A stretch of 64,000 nucleotides of DNA from an uncultured bacterium. Lineage in GTDB: Bacteria; AUK180. This document shows positions 1 through 10,562 of this stretch, piece by piece. The stretch spans positions 1 through 64,000 of the forward strand of contig CALMGJ010000011.1 in the NCBI GenBank assembly GCA_937863565.1. Direction: 5' to 3'. The notes beneath the pieces were generated by a model. The model ran no database searches and had not been told where the DNA came from. It saw nothing but the letters and a program-made list of their open reading frames with translations. A program made the translations under genes and the position numbers. Positions within the stretch are counted from its first letter, which is position 1. Every line of letters begins with the position of its first letter.

Positions 1-957
<957 letters not shown>

Positions 958-1041
958 AAAGGTTTGAACCTTGATGCTTTGATTGTAAAGCTTAAAAATG
1001 TTTTGTTTTTTAGGAATTGCATCCCTTACCTTTCGCATTGA

Positions 1042-1052
1042 GTCAAAGAACA
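1042..1052 (-). promoter_or_regulatory. rrn antitermination boxA (downstream of proximal promoter)
   Basis: Minus strand reads TGTTCTTTGAC, matching boxA consensus, in the rRNA leader. Confidence 0.7.
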
Positions 1053-1076
1053 GTTTTTTTTATTTTCAAAAAAGTT

Positions 1077-1105
1077 ATTATAGCAAAAAATAAAAAGGTT
1101 GTCAA
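1077..1105 (-). promoter_or_regulatory. rRNA proximal sigma70 promoter (P2)
   Basis: Perfect TTGACA-17nt-TATAAT on the minus strand, with AT-rich upstream sequence. Confidence 0.9.
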
Positions 1106-1166
1106 GCGATTTTTAAAAATATTTTTTTGAGGTGGTCATAAACCCGCAGAGGCTTAGCAGCGGATA

Positions 1167-1177
1167 TTGAAAGAGCA
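1167..1177 (-). promoter_or_regulatory. second boxA-like element (downstream of distal promoter)
   Basis: Minus strand reads TGCTCTTTCAA, preceded by a small GATCA...TGATC hairpin. Confidence 0.55.
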
Positions 1178-1210
1178 AATATATATGGGATCATTTATTG
1201 ATCGCAACAT

Positions 1211-1239
1211 ATTATAATACAATAATGGTTTTAAGTCAA
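1211..1239 (-). promoter_or_regulatory. rRNA distal sigma70 promoter (P1)
   Basis: TTGACT-17nt-TATAAT on the minus strand, with an A-tract (UP-like) upstream. Confidence 0.85.
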
Positions 1240-1438
1240 GGATTTTTTTAATATTTCAGGATGATCCGTCTTATCGGTACCGGATTTCATCCTCATATCT
1301 CTCTAAATATTGGATATACCTTTATTTTCGAGTAAGAATAAGCGGTTTATATGCATTAATAGGGCCGCCCCCGGTTCATTCGGTTTTCCGATTTTTTAGG
1401 GATTTCCATGTAAAAATACCTGCGAACTATAAAAAAAC

Positions 1439-1467
1439 TTGAAAAATACCATAAGTTTTTATATAAT
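1439..1467 (+). promoter_or_regulatory. sigma70 promoter, probably giving a leaderless mRNA
   Basis: TTGAAA-17nt-TATAAT ending 5 nt before the ATG at 1473. Confidence 0.7.
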
Positions 1468-1472
1468 ACCAT

Positions 1473-2129
1473 ATGTTTAACAGATTCGGTAAGTTCTTAT
1501 TCAAGAAAAGAAGCGTGACCCCGCTTCCCTTCATCGTCGTTTTTCCGTTCATCTTCGGAAAAGCCCCTCTCCTATTCCCTGTTGAGGACCCGTTCTGGCT
1601 TCTTGTGATATGCTCTGTTTTCATTATTTACGGTGAGGCGGTGCGTATGGGAGCGGTTTCTTATATCGGGTCCATTTCGCGGACCAGAGGAACTGCAACA
1701 GGGAATCTCATCGTGGACGGGCCGTATGCGCTCTGCCGCAATCCGCTCTATGCCGGGAATTTTTTCATTTTCGCCGGATTCGTTTTCACGGCAAACAATA
1801 TCATCTACATCGCTGCGGCGCTTATACTTTTCTTTATACAGTATCTATACATAATCAAATTCGAAGAAGAAGTACTACGAGAGAAATTCGGAGAGACCTA
1901 TCTCGTCTATAAAAGGTCCGTGCCCTCCATTTTTCCGAGACCCGAGGCTGTTTTTAAACTTGAGAATTACCGCGGATTCAATGCCGGCCGGGCGATTAAA
2001 TCGGAACGATGGACTTTGATCGCGGTCTTATTGTTCATCGCCATTCCTTTTATCTGTTATTATTATTCCCGCGTACTGCCCAGTCCTTTCGACAGGGTTC
2101 TGGAGATCATAACCGGGATTTTTTCCTGA
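1473..2129 (+). CDS. Isoprenylcysteine carboxylmethyltransferase (ICMT/PEMT) family membrane protein
   Basis: LIVDGPYALCRNPLYAGNF and EEEVL...FGETY motifs, plus multiple TM helices. Confidence 0.85.
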   Translation: MFNRFGKFLFKKRSVTPLPFIVVFPFIFGKAPLLFPVEDPFWLLVICSVFIIYGEAVRMGAVSYIGSISRTRGTATGNLIVDGPYALCRNPLYAGNFFIFAGFVFTANNIIYIAAALILFFIQYLYIIKFEEEVLREKFGETYLVYKRSVPSIFPRPEAVFKLENYRGFNAGRAIKSERWTLIAVLLFIAIPFICYYYSRVLPSPFDRVLEIITGIFS

Positions 2130-2955
2130 CCTTCGCAAATCTTTTTGATATTTTCAAATTTCTCTTTGCATTAAGGTAGAAAAGTCCGTCGGCGGTTTTT
2201 TTCCCGTACCGCTCCTTTACCGAAATGTAAAGATCCCAAAGTCCGGAAGGGTCCTCGATGAGAGGTTTATGCATCCCGTCAAAATCGCTGCCTATGGCAA
2301 TACATTCGCCGAATCCTTCCGAAAGTGCGTAATCGATATGCCGGAAGAAATCTTCAAGGGGTCTGCCGTTCCCGAGAAAAGGAAGAAAAAAATTCAATCC
2401 GATCAGGCCGCCTTTTCTTTTGATCGAAGCGGCTTGCCATTTCCTGATATTGCGCGGATGCTCATGAACTTCGCGAAAATTGGAGTGCGTTGCAAGAACA
2501 ACCGATGCTTTTTCAAAGACCTGCTCCGAGGTCCGTTCCGAAGCATGCGAAATATCAACGGCTATATCCATTGCGTTCAATTCACGAATAAGGGATCTTC
2601 CTTCCGCGGTGAGTCCCCGGTTCTTCCCCATGCATCCACCGGCCCATCTATTATCCCTGTTCCATACTAGCGAAACGATGCCGATTCCCCATGTCCTTAT
2701 AAAATCAAGCGCTTCTTCCGTACCGGAGAACGCCGAAAGCCCTTCCAGCGAAAATACATATTCAAGACTGCGACCGAAATGCGGAACCCGGGCCAGGAAT
2801 TTTCTCACATACGCTTCTTTCACTTTCCGTGATTCGCCTTTCAGGAAACAGAATGCGAAATTGATGCCGGCCCTTTTTATTCCCGAAAGCGTTTTTCCAG
2901 AGACGACCGGTTTTCGGGAAAGAGGCGTATCGCAATGGAGATCAATCAATTCCAC
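2107..2955 (-). CDS. Membrane dipeptidase (peptidase M19, amidohydrolase)
   Basis: DLHCDT, SLEG, DISHAS, THSN, HPRNI and IGSDFDG motifs. The likely GTG start is at 2955, overlapping the holB end (the track ORF extends to 3012). Confidence 0.85.
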   Translation of the reverse strand: MELIDLHCDTPLSRKPVVSGKTLSGIKRAGINFAFCFLKGESRKVKEAYVRKFLARVPHFGRSLEYVFSLEGLSAFSGTEEALDFIRTWGIGIVSLVWNRDNRWAGGCMGKNRGLTAEGRSLIRELNAMDIAVDISHASERTSEQVFEKASVVLATHSNFREVHEHPRNIRKWQAASIKRKGGLIGLNFFLPFLGNGRPLEDFFRHIDYALSEGFGECIAIGSDFDGMHKPLIEDPSGLWDLYISVKERYGKKTADGLFYLNAKRNLKISKRFAKVRKKSRL

Positions 2956-4006
2956 GGATGCTTTTTCCGAAGTTGAGGACGAATCGAGACAACAGAAGCT
3001 CGAAATTGACATACCTGCGGCAGGCTTTTACGGCATCGTCTATTACAACCGAGCTCAAGGTCATTATCCGTACCCGCAGTTCGAGGTCTTCGTTCACATT
3101 CTTTTGTTTCGTTTTATTGGCAGAGGAAATGGCAAAGTAGAATTTCTTGAATTTCTCATGGATGTTCTTCTCTATCAGCATCTTGTGCATCACCGTTCTC
3201 AGAAAATCGAAAAAATCTGCGGCCGTTCTGAAATACTCCCTTGTTTCCTTTGAGAACATCTGTTCGATCGAGGTGGCCGAATCTATGACATCCTGTACAC
3301 CTGAACCCTTTTTCTCGAAAGTATCGGACAATTTATCAATGATGCCCATATAGCGTTCAAAGGCACCCTCCGAGAGTTCCTTGTATCTTCCTATGCTGCC
3401 TTCGGACAGCTCCGCGATTATTGGATCGTTTGGAAGCTCCGAGATCTGTATGAGGCGTGTAAGTTCTTCTGGTGCAAGTTTTTTAAATGTGATCTTCTGG
3501 CACCGGGATTGTATCGTCGGGAGTATTCTGCCGATCTCCTCCGTTATCAGGATGAGGCACATATAGGCAGGCGGCTCTTCGAGCAGTTTCAGGAGGTTAT
3601 TAAGTGATGCCACTGAAAGATCGGCCACATCGTCAATGATCACGATCTTTTTCTCTCCGATATTCGGCTTGAATACGGATGCGGAGATGACGTCGTCTAT
3701 CGTATCGCGCAGACTTTCGGTTTTTCTTCCTTCCTCAGACGATCTTTTAATGTTCACGAGGGGATCGATCAATGTCACATCGGGAAATTCGGAATTTTCA
3801 ATAGCGCGGCATGAGAAGCATGTGCCGCAAGGTTTCACAGGGCCGCCCGTGCAGTTGAGAAGTTTAGAAAGCTCCACTGCCGTTTTGAATTTACCTACGC
3901 CGCGGGGTCCGTGAAAGAGGAACGCGTTCGGTATCCTATCCTGTTCAAATTCCTTTATTATGAATTTCTTTACCGTCTCATGACCGGTGATCGAGTCAAA
4001 TGCCAT
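2942..4006 (-). CDS. holB: DNA polymerase III delta' subunit
   Basis: HGPRGVGK Walker A, C...PCGTCFSC zinc motif, LLKLLEEPP and SRC motifs. Follows tmk. Confidence 0.9.
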   Translation of the reverse strand: MAFDSITGHETVKKFIIKEFEQDRIPNAFLFHGPRGVGKFKTAVELSKLLNCTGGPVKPCGTCFSCRAIENSEFPDVTLIDPLVNIKRSSEEGRKTESLRDTIDDVISASVFKPNIGEKKIVIIDDVADLSVASLNNLLKLLEEPPAYMCLILITEEIGRILPTIQSRCQKITFKKLAPEELTRLIQISELPNDPIIAELSEGSIGRYKELSEGAFERYMGIIDKLSDTFEKKGSGVQDVIDSATSIEQMFSKETREYFRTAADFFDFLRTVMHKMLIEKNIHEKFKKFYFAISSANKTKQKNVNEDLELRVRIMTLSSVVIDDAVKACRRYVNFELLLSRFVLNFGKSIRGID

Positions 4007-4640
4007 ATTTCTCCTTAAGGATCGTTCCTATCTCCGAGAAGACATCTTCTATCGGCCTTTCGCCGTTGATGAGGTGAATATTATCGCGGAATTCTCCCAG
4101 TTTTTTAAAACCCTCGTAGATCTTCAGATGAAATTTCATGTGCTCCTGTTCAAGACGGTCGCCTTTAGCGAACCCTTCCTTGTTGCTTTCCGCCTTCGCC
4201 CGCCGGAGTCCGATGGAAGGATGTACCATAAGAACGAACGTGATATCCGGCATGCATCTTTCCACCGCGGGGCGGTTGATGGCGAACACTTTCTCTATTC
4301 CGAGGTCTCGGCCCGCGCCCTGATAGACCAAAGAGGAATCTATGAATCTGTCGCAGAGCACGGTAGTGCCTTCGTCTACAGCAGGTTTTATCACTTCTCT
4401 TACGATCTGCGCGCGCGAGGAGGCATAGAGATAACTCTCCGTTGCAGGATACATCTCCTTGAAATCCGGGTTGAGCAGTATCTCTCTGATCTTCTCACCT
4501 ATCGGAGTTCCTCCCGGCTCTCTCGTTCTGAGGACCTTAAGCCCTTTTTCTTCAAGGTATGCGGCAAGCAGTTTTATCTGCGTAGTTTTACCGCATCCTT
4601 CCGGACCTTCAAATGTAATGAACAGCCCCTTTTTCTTCAT
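3996..4640 (-). CDS. tmk: Thymidylate kinase
   Basis: FITFEGPEGCGKTTQ, TREPGGT and CDRFIDSSLVYQG motifs. Confidence 0.97.
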   Translation of the reverse strand: MKKKGLFITFEGPEGCGKTTQIKLLAAYLEEKGLKVLRTREPGGTPIGEKIREILLNPDFKEMYPATESYLYASSRAQIVREVIKPAVDEGTTVLCDRFIDSSLVYQGAGRDLGIEKVFAINRPAVERCMPDITFVLMVHPSIGLRRAKAESNKEGFAKGDRLEQEHMKFHLKIYEGFKKLGEFRDNIHLINGERPIEDVFSEIGTILKEKYGI

Positions 4641-7363
4641 TTCACTATCCCCGCGAAGGAGTCCGCATCGCTTTTGCGGATCTCAGTGCTCTTCTTGATG
4701 ATCCAAAGGAAAGAGCCGGCTTCGCTGTATTTTACTATCACATTCTCGCTGTTTATTATGAAGCTGCATTCGGAGAAATTCTCCGGGACCTCGGCAAGCG
4801 CATCCTTCAATCCGGGAACAAGCGCAGAAAGATTATCCGCAAAGATCTGCCTGTTCTCGAAGATCCTCCGTAAGGCCATGACTCTGTATTCGCTCTCTCT
4901 TGTCGCGAAGTCAATGTAGTATTTAACGTCCCTCATCGTATCGGAGAGGTACTCTATTCCTTCGGGAAAATGTTTATCGAGTACCATCTCGCAAAATCTG
5001 AATTTCATATAATCTCCCTTGAAAAGAAGCGATGCGGGAAGGATATTGAATCCGGAATCGTCCACCCTGATGCAATTCGTGAAGTTGACGGTCATCTGCG
5101 GATTATTAAGGATGATATCTTTCACGATCGCAACCGAATGATCGGAAAAAACATGTTTCGGGGCATTGAATTCAATTATGGGCCGGTCGTTCACATTTAG
5201 GGAATGAGTATCGAGAAGATATTTATTCAAGGACCTTGCATCTCCGGTCTTGAGGTAGAAGAATTCCTCCACATTCTTGAAATTATTGAAATATTTAAAA
5301 TTCCCTTCCCGCGCCATGTCCTTTACGAGAGCAAGTCGCTCCTCTATGTTCAGGTAATCGTTTTTGATCGGGGATGCGGATGCCAGTATGAACATATCGG
5401 TACCGGAAAGCCACCAGAACGATATATGCGGAAAAACAGAATTCACTGTTTTAAGGACGGTCTTGACGGTAGCAAGGTCCACCTGATAGATCGGGAACCA
5501 CTGGCAGAATATACCCCCGGGATTCAAGTGCGCCGAAACGAGTTCAAAGTATTCTTTTGTAAAAAGAAGAGAAACGCCGGAGAGCCACGGATTGCTCGGC
5601 TCTGACGTGATGATGTCGTACCGGTTCTCCGGGTTCAGCAGAAGAAAAGTCCGTGCATCATTGCAGATCACTTCGGAACGCGAATCGTTAAAAACGCCTT
5701 TATTGATCTTTTCGAAGTATTTAGCCGCTTCGATCACGGCGGGTTCGATCTCGACACTGTCCACTCTTTCGATGAATGGGAACGCGAGAAGAGCGGAACT
5801 TGTAGAACCGCTGCCCAATCCCACTACAAGCGCATTGCGCGGCAACGGATGAAAAAAGGCCGGGATGACACCCGCTGCTTTCTGGGCTTCTTCGTCCCCG
5901 TATGACGCATCGGCTTTTCCGTCGAGTTTCAGCGATAATTGATCCTTGTCGCGGTATTTCAGGACCGAGACATTCTGGTATATGCTGTCTTTGAAAAAAA
6001 GGATATCGTACTTCGACCGGTCATAGACGGCATTTTCCTTGATCACGTTCGTGACGACCATCTTCGGGTCCCATTTCGGGCCTGCGATAACAAGCACGCA
6101 GAGAACCCCGGCCAGGACTTTCCCAGTACGCTCTTTCACAAGAAAGAAAATTAAAACGGAAATAATGAGAGGGATGAGAAGAAGGGTCGCTCTGAGGCCC
6201 AGTGCAGGTATGAACAGAAGACTTGTCAGAAGGCTTCCGGAGACGGCCCCAATGGAATTTACACCGTATAGATAGCCCGAAGCGGATTCTCCCGCCCGTA
6301 CAACTCCCGCTCTTATGATAAGAGGGAATGTAATGCCGAAGCATACCGAAGGGATCAGTATTATCCCGAATACGACAATGAACTCGATCGCGAAAAATGT
6401 TCCTGCCGTAGGAAGAAGCGCGTTCTTGATGCCCATCATAAAAGATGGCAGGAACTGGAAAAGGTATGTGCTGAGGATGAAATACATCGAGAGCGTGATA
6501 AGGCATGCTGCAAGCAGTCCCTTTCCGTTTTTATACTTTTCAAATATCAGCGAGCCGGCAAAGATGCCGGTAAGATATGCCGTGAGAATGATCGAGAACG
6601 AATACACCGTCGTGCCGAACACCGGAGCCAGTACCCTGTTCAGGGCTACTTCGAAAATAAAAGAAACGAATCCCGTTACGAAGATCAGAGCCGGAAGGCC
6701 CGGACCTGACCCGGCAGGAGCTTTTTCGCCTGCGGATACAGGAGCGTGTGTAGTTGCTGGAGCCAGCTTCCATACGATAAGACCGGTAAGCACCGCTGCG
6801 GCGGCGGCAGAAAACAGAGTATCCTTCAGGCCCAGGTGGCGTATCAGTACGAAACCGGCAAGGAGCGCACCTGCGGCACCTCCGAGCGTATTTGCCGCAT
6901 ATAGGTATGGGATCCCTGCAAGGTCTCCTGTCTCGTTTTTCCATGCCCTTACAAGAAGCGGGTATGTCGTGCCCATGAAAAAAGTGGGAACTATCAGCAT
7001 TAAAAAGGCTATCAGGAATTTATAAAAAAGAAAAAGTGCATTGATACGGAAGGCCAGTCTGTATAAAACATGTAAATTTTTTCCGATAAATTCGAAAGCG
7101 GGATAGAATGCAAGTACGGACATTCCTATGACAGCAACAACGGTCCCGTATGTTCTGAGCGGGTTTTTAACTCTCTCCAGTTTTCGGGAGATCCAGAAGG
7201 ACCCCGCAGTAACGCCGAACATGAACGATGCGATGACAACGGAAACCGAATAGATAGTGGATCCGAAAACCGCGTTGAAGAAGCGGCTCCATACGACTTG
7301 AAAAATAAGGCCCAGCATTCCCGATACCGTGAAGGGGATAAAATAAAGCGGCATTTTTTTCAT
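4637..7363 (-). CDS. Fused membrane (MFS-like)/spermidine synthase-like SAM-binding protein
   Basis: Two hydrophobic repeats (LYAANTLGGAAG / LYGVNSIGAVSG), then VVGLGSGST, VEIEPAV, NDAR and YDIITSEPSNPW. Confidence 0.85.
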   Translation of the reverse strand: MKKMPLYFIPFTVSGMLGLIFQVVWSRFFNAVFGSTIYSVSVVIASFMFGVTAGSFWISRKLERVKNPLRTYGTVVAVIGMSVLAFYPAFEFIGKNLHVLYRLAFRINALFLFYKFLIAFLMLIVPTFFMGTTYPLLVRAWKNETGDLAGIPYLYAANTLGGAAGALLAGFVLIRHLGLKDTLFSAAAAAVLTGLIVWKLAPATTHAPVSAGEKAPAGSGPGLPALIFVTGFVSFIFEVALNRVLAPVFGTTVYSFSIILTAYLTGIFAGSLIFEKYKNGKGLLAACLITLSMYFILSTYLFQFLPSFMMGIKNALLPTAGTFFAIEFIVVFGIILIPSVCFGITFPLIIRAGVVRAGESASGYLYGVNSIGAVSGSLLTSLLFIPALGLRATLLLIPLIISVLIFFLVKERTGKVLAGVLCVLVIAGPKWDPKMVVTNVIKENAVYDRSKYDILFFKDSIYQNVSVLKYRDKDQLSLKLDGKADASYGDEEAQKAAGVIPAFFHPLPRNALVVGLGSGSTSSALLAFPFIERVDSVEIEPAVIEAAKYFEKINKGVFNDSRSEVICNDARTFLLLNPENRYDIITSEPSNPWLSGVSLLFTKEYFELVSAHLNPGGIFCQWFPIYQVDLATVKTVLKTVNSVFPHISFWWLSGTDMFILASASPIKNDYLNIEERLALVKDMAREGNFKYFNNFKNVEEFFYLKTGDARSLNKYLLDTHSLNVNDRPIIEFNAPKHVFSDHSVAIVKDIILNNPQMTVNFTNCIRVDDSGFNILPASLLFKGDYMKFRFCEMVLDKHFPEGIEYLSDTMRDVKYYIDFATRESEYRVMALRRIFENRQIFADNLSALVPGLKDALAEVPENFSECSFIINSENVIVKYSEAGSFLWIIKKSTEIRKSDADSFAGIVK

Positions 7364-9555
7364 TTAAAGATCAGTTTGACCTTTTTATCAAGTACCTGCC
7401 CGGGGGCAACGGTTATCTGTTCGACATAATCCTCGCAATTGGGGTTTTTCAAAACGAGTGAGTGAGAACCCACCGTGATGCTGATCGGCTTTGCGATAGG
7501 CGTGGTCCCGTAGCTTTTACCGTCTATGAAAACTTCCGCCCAAGGCTGCGAATTGACCTTTATCATCCCGAAATTGCTTTCGAGGACATAGGAAAGCCGG
7601 TTATCGCCCTCATTGACATCGAATATCTCTTCGATCGTTTTAAAATCCGAATGCACTATCTTGATGCGGTGTTTGCCCACCAAAAGCGTTTGCGGTCTGA
7701 TCGGGAACATGCCCACTTTCTTGTCGTCTATGTAGATCGTAGGGAAACCGCCCTTTACGACAAAATAGACCTTGCCGTATTTTTCCACGAATTTTGTAAG
7801 CGTATAATCGAGCGTTCTTGATGTTTTATCCCCGAAATTCACTTCATCATAATGCGTATTATAGCCCTTGAGGACGATCTTCAGTGTCTGTTTGCCGTAG
7901 GGTACGGTCGAAGTTATCGGAGTGGTCCCCAGCTTTTTAGTACCCAGGTAGAATTCGGCGCCAAGCGGGTCCGTTTTGAAAGTGAACACATCCTCGCTCT
8001 TTTTAAGGGGAATATCGTACTGCTTCCTTCCGCCCTCGAAGATCTGAACTTCTTCCTTATGCGTATAGTATCCTTTTTTCGCAACCTCTATCACATGATT
8101 GCCGATATTGATATTGATCTCGACGCCGAAATCCTTTTCCTCTCCGTCCAGTTTCAGTTTAGCATCTGCGGGACTTATATTGAATTTTGTTATCTGATAA
8201 TTGATCTTTTCAAGGTTGTAAGACCTGGATGTTTTATCGCCTTTGACTATGTTCACGACCTCTTTTTTGGGAAGGTAAAGGTCTTTTTTTATCTCTATTT
8301 CATAATCGCCGGGCTTGACGCTCATGCTGAGCGGCGACATCTTCTCGTTCAATGTCCCGTTGATGTATATCTGGGCATCCGCAGGATTCGTTTCTATCAT
8401 GAGCTGGGTCTTGACCCTGAACACGGTGAAGTACAGGGTTACCGCAAGAAGAACGACAAAGGCGGCAACGATCGGTACGATCGGAACTTTCGACGAGGTC
8501 ATGGCCTTCTCTATTTTTTCAAGGTATTCCGACGCCTCTTTGTGCCCGGGTTCCCAAAGGAGGACCTTGTTGAAATTCGCGGTGGCAACGGAGTATTTGC
8601 TCTTGCCCTCATTGAAGAGCTCAATGCCTTTTTTCATTTCCTTGTCGATTATATCGCTTTTAAATTTCTGCCAGTATGTGCTTATAGATCTTAAAAAATT
8701 CTTTATTATGCCTTCGCTCGGATTGATTCCGTATTTGGAGAAATAGGTCTCAATATCGGTAATGACCTCTTCGCAGTTCTTATATCTGTTGTTCTTGTCC
8801 TTTTCCACCATCTTCGCATAGATGCTTATCACGCTTTCGGAAAAAGGCACATCAAGTTTGGGAACGGGGATCGGGTCCGGAGAGAGAATTTTCGCGATTA
8901 TGGACATGTAATTGGATGTTTCGCCGTACGGTTTCGCTCCCGTCAGGAGTTCATAAAAAATTATGCCGGTAGAAAAGATATCGCTTTGATTATCGGCCAC
9001 CTCTCCCTTCGCCTGTTCGGGGGCCATATACGCCGGTGTTCCCATAAGCGTGCCGGTCATGGTGAGATTGGCCGCATCCTCCGAATGGGCAAGACCGAAG
9101 TCCACGATCTTGACATACCCGTCTTTCGAGACCAGGATATTGCCCGGTTTGATATCCCTGTGCGTAACGCCCTGCGCGTGAGCAAAAGAGAGGCCTTTGA
9201 GAATGAAATACAGAAAGAGGAGGGCGATCTGTTCTGGCATTTTATTGCCGACATTCTTGATGATCGCCTTGAGATCGACGCCCTCGACATATTCCATGAT
9301 GATGAAGAAGGTCTTATCGGTCTCAATGTACTCGTAGATCCTGACGATGTTCGGGTGTTCCAGTTTGGACAGCATCAGCGCTTCCCTTTTGAACCGGTCT
9401 ATGAAGCTTCTGTCCTCAAGAAGGAAGGAATGAAGCTCCTTTACGCCCACTATCCTCTGCAGGGATTCCTGCAAGCCCTGATAAAAGGTGGCCATGCCGC
9501 CTTTTCCGACCTTTTTTTCAATTGAGTATCCGCCAACTTTTCTTTTATCTTCCAT
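7360..9555 (-). CDS. Hanks-type Ser/Thr kinase with a TM helix and multiple extracytoplasmic PEGA domains
   Basis: GKGGMA, HRDIKPGN, DFG and APE motifs, one TM helix, and repeated TNPADAQIYING / TDPLGAEFY / SQPWAEVFIDG PEGA motifs. Confidence 0.93.
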   Translation of the reverse strand: MEDKRKVGGYSIEKKVGKGGMATFYQGLQESLQRIVGVKELHSFLLEDRSFIDRFKREALMLSKLEHPNIVRIYEYIETDKTFFIIMEYVEGVDLKAIIKNVGNKMPEQIALLFLYFILKGLSFAHAQGVTHRDIKPGNILVSKDGYVKIVDFGLAHSEDAANLTMTGTLMGTPAYMAPEQAKGEVADNQSDIFSTGIIFYELLTGAKPYGETSNYMSIIAKILSPDPIPVPKLDVPFSESVISIYAKMVEKDKNNRYKNCEEVITDIETYFSKYGINPSEGIIKNFLRSISTYWQKFKSDIIDKEMKKGIELFNEGKSKYSVATANFNKVLLWEPGHKEASEYLEKIEKAMTSSKVPIVPIVAAFVVLLAVTLYFTVFRVKTQLMIETNPADAQIYINGTLNEKMSPLSMSVKPGDYEIEIKKDLYLPKKEVVNIVKGDKTSRSYNLEKINYQITKFNISPADAKLKLDGEEKDFGVEININIGNHVIEVAKKGYYTHKEEVQIFEGGRKQYDIPLKKSEDVFTFKTDPLGAEFYLGTKKLGTTPITSTVPYGKQTLKIVLKGYNTHYDEVNFGDKTSRTLDYTLTKFVEKYGKVYFVVKGGFPTIYIDDKKVGMFPIRPQTLLVGKHRIKIVHSDFKTIEEIFDVNEGDNRLSYVLESNFGMIKVNSQPWAEVFIDGKSYGTTPIAKPISITVGSHSLVLKNPNCEDYVEQITVAPGQVLDKKVKLIFK

Positions 9556-9562
9556 ATTTTTT

Positions 9563-9591
9563 ATTTTATCATATTTAGTTCATTTTTTCAA
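9563..9591 (-). promoter_or_regulatory. sigma70 promoter for the kinase-tmk-holB unit, probably leaderless
   Basis: TTGAAA-17nt-TAAAAT with an extended -10 TG, 7 nt before the ATG at 9555. Confidence 0.65.
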
Positions 9592-9596
9592 TACAT

Positions 9597-10562
9597 TTAT
9601 TCATTATCTGTCATTGTAAGATAGAATGCCGCTTGATCCCCTCTTCCCTTTTTGTTCAACGAAATGGCCTTGACTTTATATCTCAATATATCAAAGCGGC
9701 TGAAGATGGACCTTTTCCGGCCATAGTGGAGAGACTTTTCGGAAAGCAGGGGAATGTCTCTTTTATACTGTTCACTCCCCCATACCTGAAAATCAGTGGA
9801 ATCGTAAATGATCTGTTTCACTTTGAAACCGGCGGATCCGGCAAGCCTCTTCAGAGAATCCTCCGAGTAGATGAAATTATGCCTGGGGGCATCAAGTTGA
9901 ACCCAATTCTCCCTGTATTTTTGCCAGGCCCAGCTGTTCATGAGCGGCGTCCGAATAAGGCAGAGGCCGCTCGGAGATAAAAGGCGCCTAACCTCTTTCA
10001 GCATTTCAACCGGTTCCTTCTCATGTTCGAACGAATGATTGAACATGACAATATCCCATTTCCCGTTCAAGTCCTTGAGCGTCATTTTCCCGATCATAAG
10101 ACCTTCCGGCCCCAGGATCGTTTCCGTGATATACGGGTCTATACCCATGAGGTTTTTCATTCCCTCCCGGTGAAGAGCATAAAGGAGGTTACCTGTTCCG
10201 GACCCTACGTCAAGAATACGCGTTTCCTTCGTTATTCTTTTTCCCATTAGATACATGGAAATGAAATTGGGAAAGAAAAAAGTAATGACCCCGCCGATCA
10301 GGGTCCTTCTTTCGAATAAATGCGCATTCCGGAGATTGAATATCACTTCCTTGATCTTGGGGAGCGGAATCACCTTTATCTTTTCAAAACTGTCAAATTT
10401 CCCGGGGTAATATTTCCTGATATCCTCCGGCGGGGAAATTATCTGCATCGTATTGCAGGAGCGGCAAAGGAAATATTCGAATTGTTCGAATGTTCCTATC
10501 TTCTTTTCGGTGAGAATGAAGGGTGTCTGTTCTTCTTCAGAGCCGCAGATCCGGCACTTCAT
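9597..10562 (-). CDS. Class I SAM methyltransferase with N-terminal zinc ribbon
   Basis: MKCRICG...CRSC, ILDVGSGTG, NHSFEH and DAPRH motifs. The likely start is the ATG at 10562, in an ATGA overlap with csaB. Confidence 0.88.
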   Translation of the reverse strand: MKCRICGSEEEQTPFILTEKKIGTFEQFEYFLCRSCNTMQIISPPEDIRKYYPGKFDSFEKIKVIPLPKIKEVIFNLRNAHLFERRTLIGGVITFFFPNFISMYLMGKRITKETRILDVGSGTGNLLYALHREGMKNLMGIDPYITETILGPEGLMIGKMTLKDLNGKWDIVMFNHSFEHEKEPVEMLKEVRRLLSPSGLCLIRTPLMNSWAWQKYRENWVQLDAPRHNFIYSEDSLKRLAGSAGFKVKQIIYDSTDFQVWGSEQYKRDIPLLSEKSLHYGRKRSIFSRFDILRYKVKAISLNKKGRGDQAAFYLTMTDNE

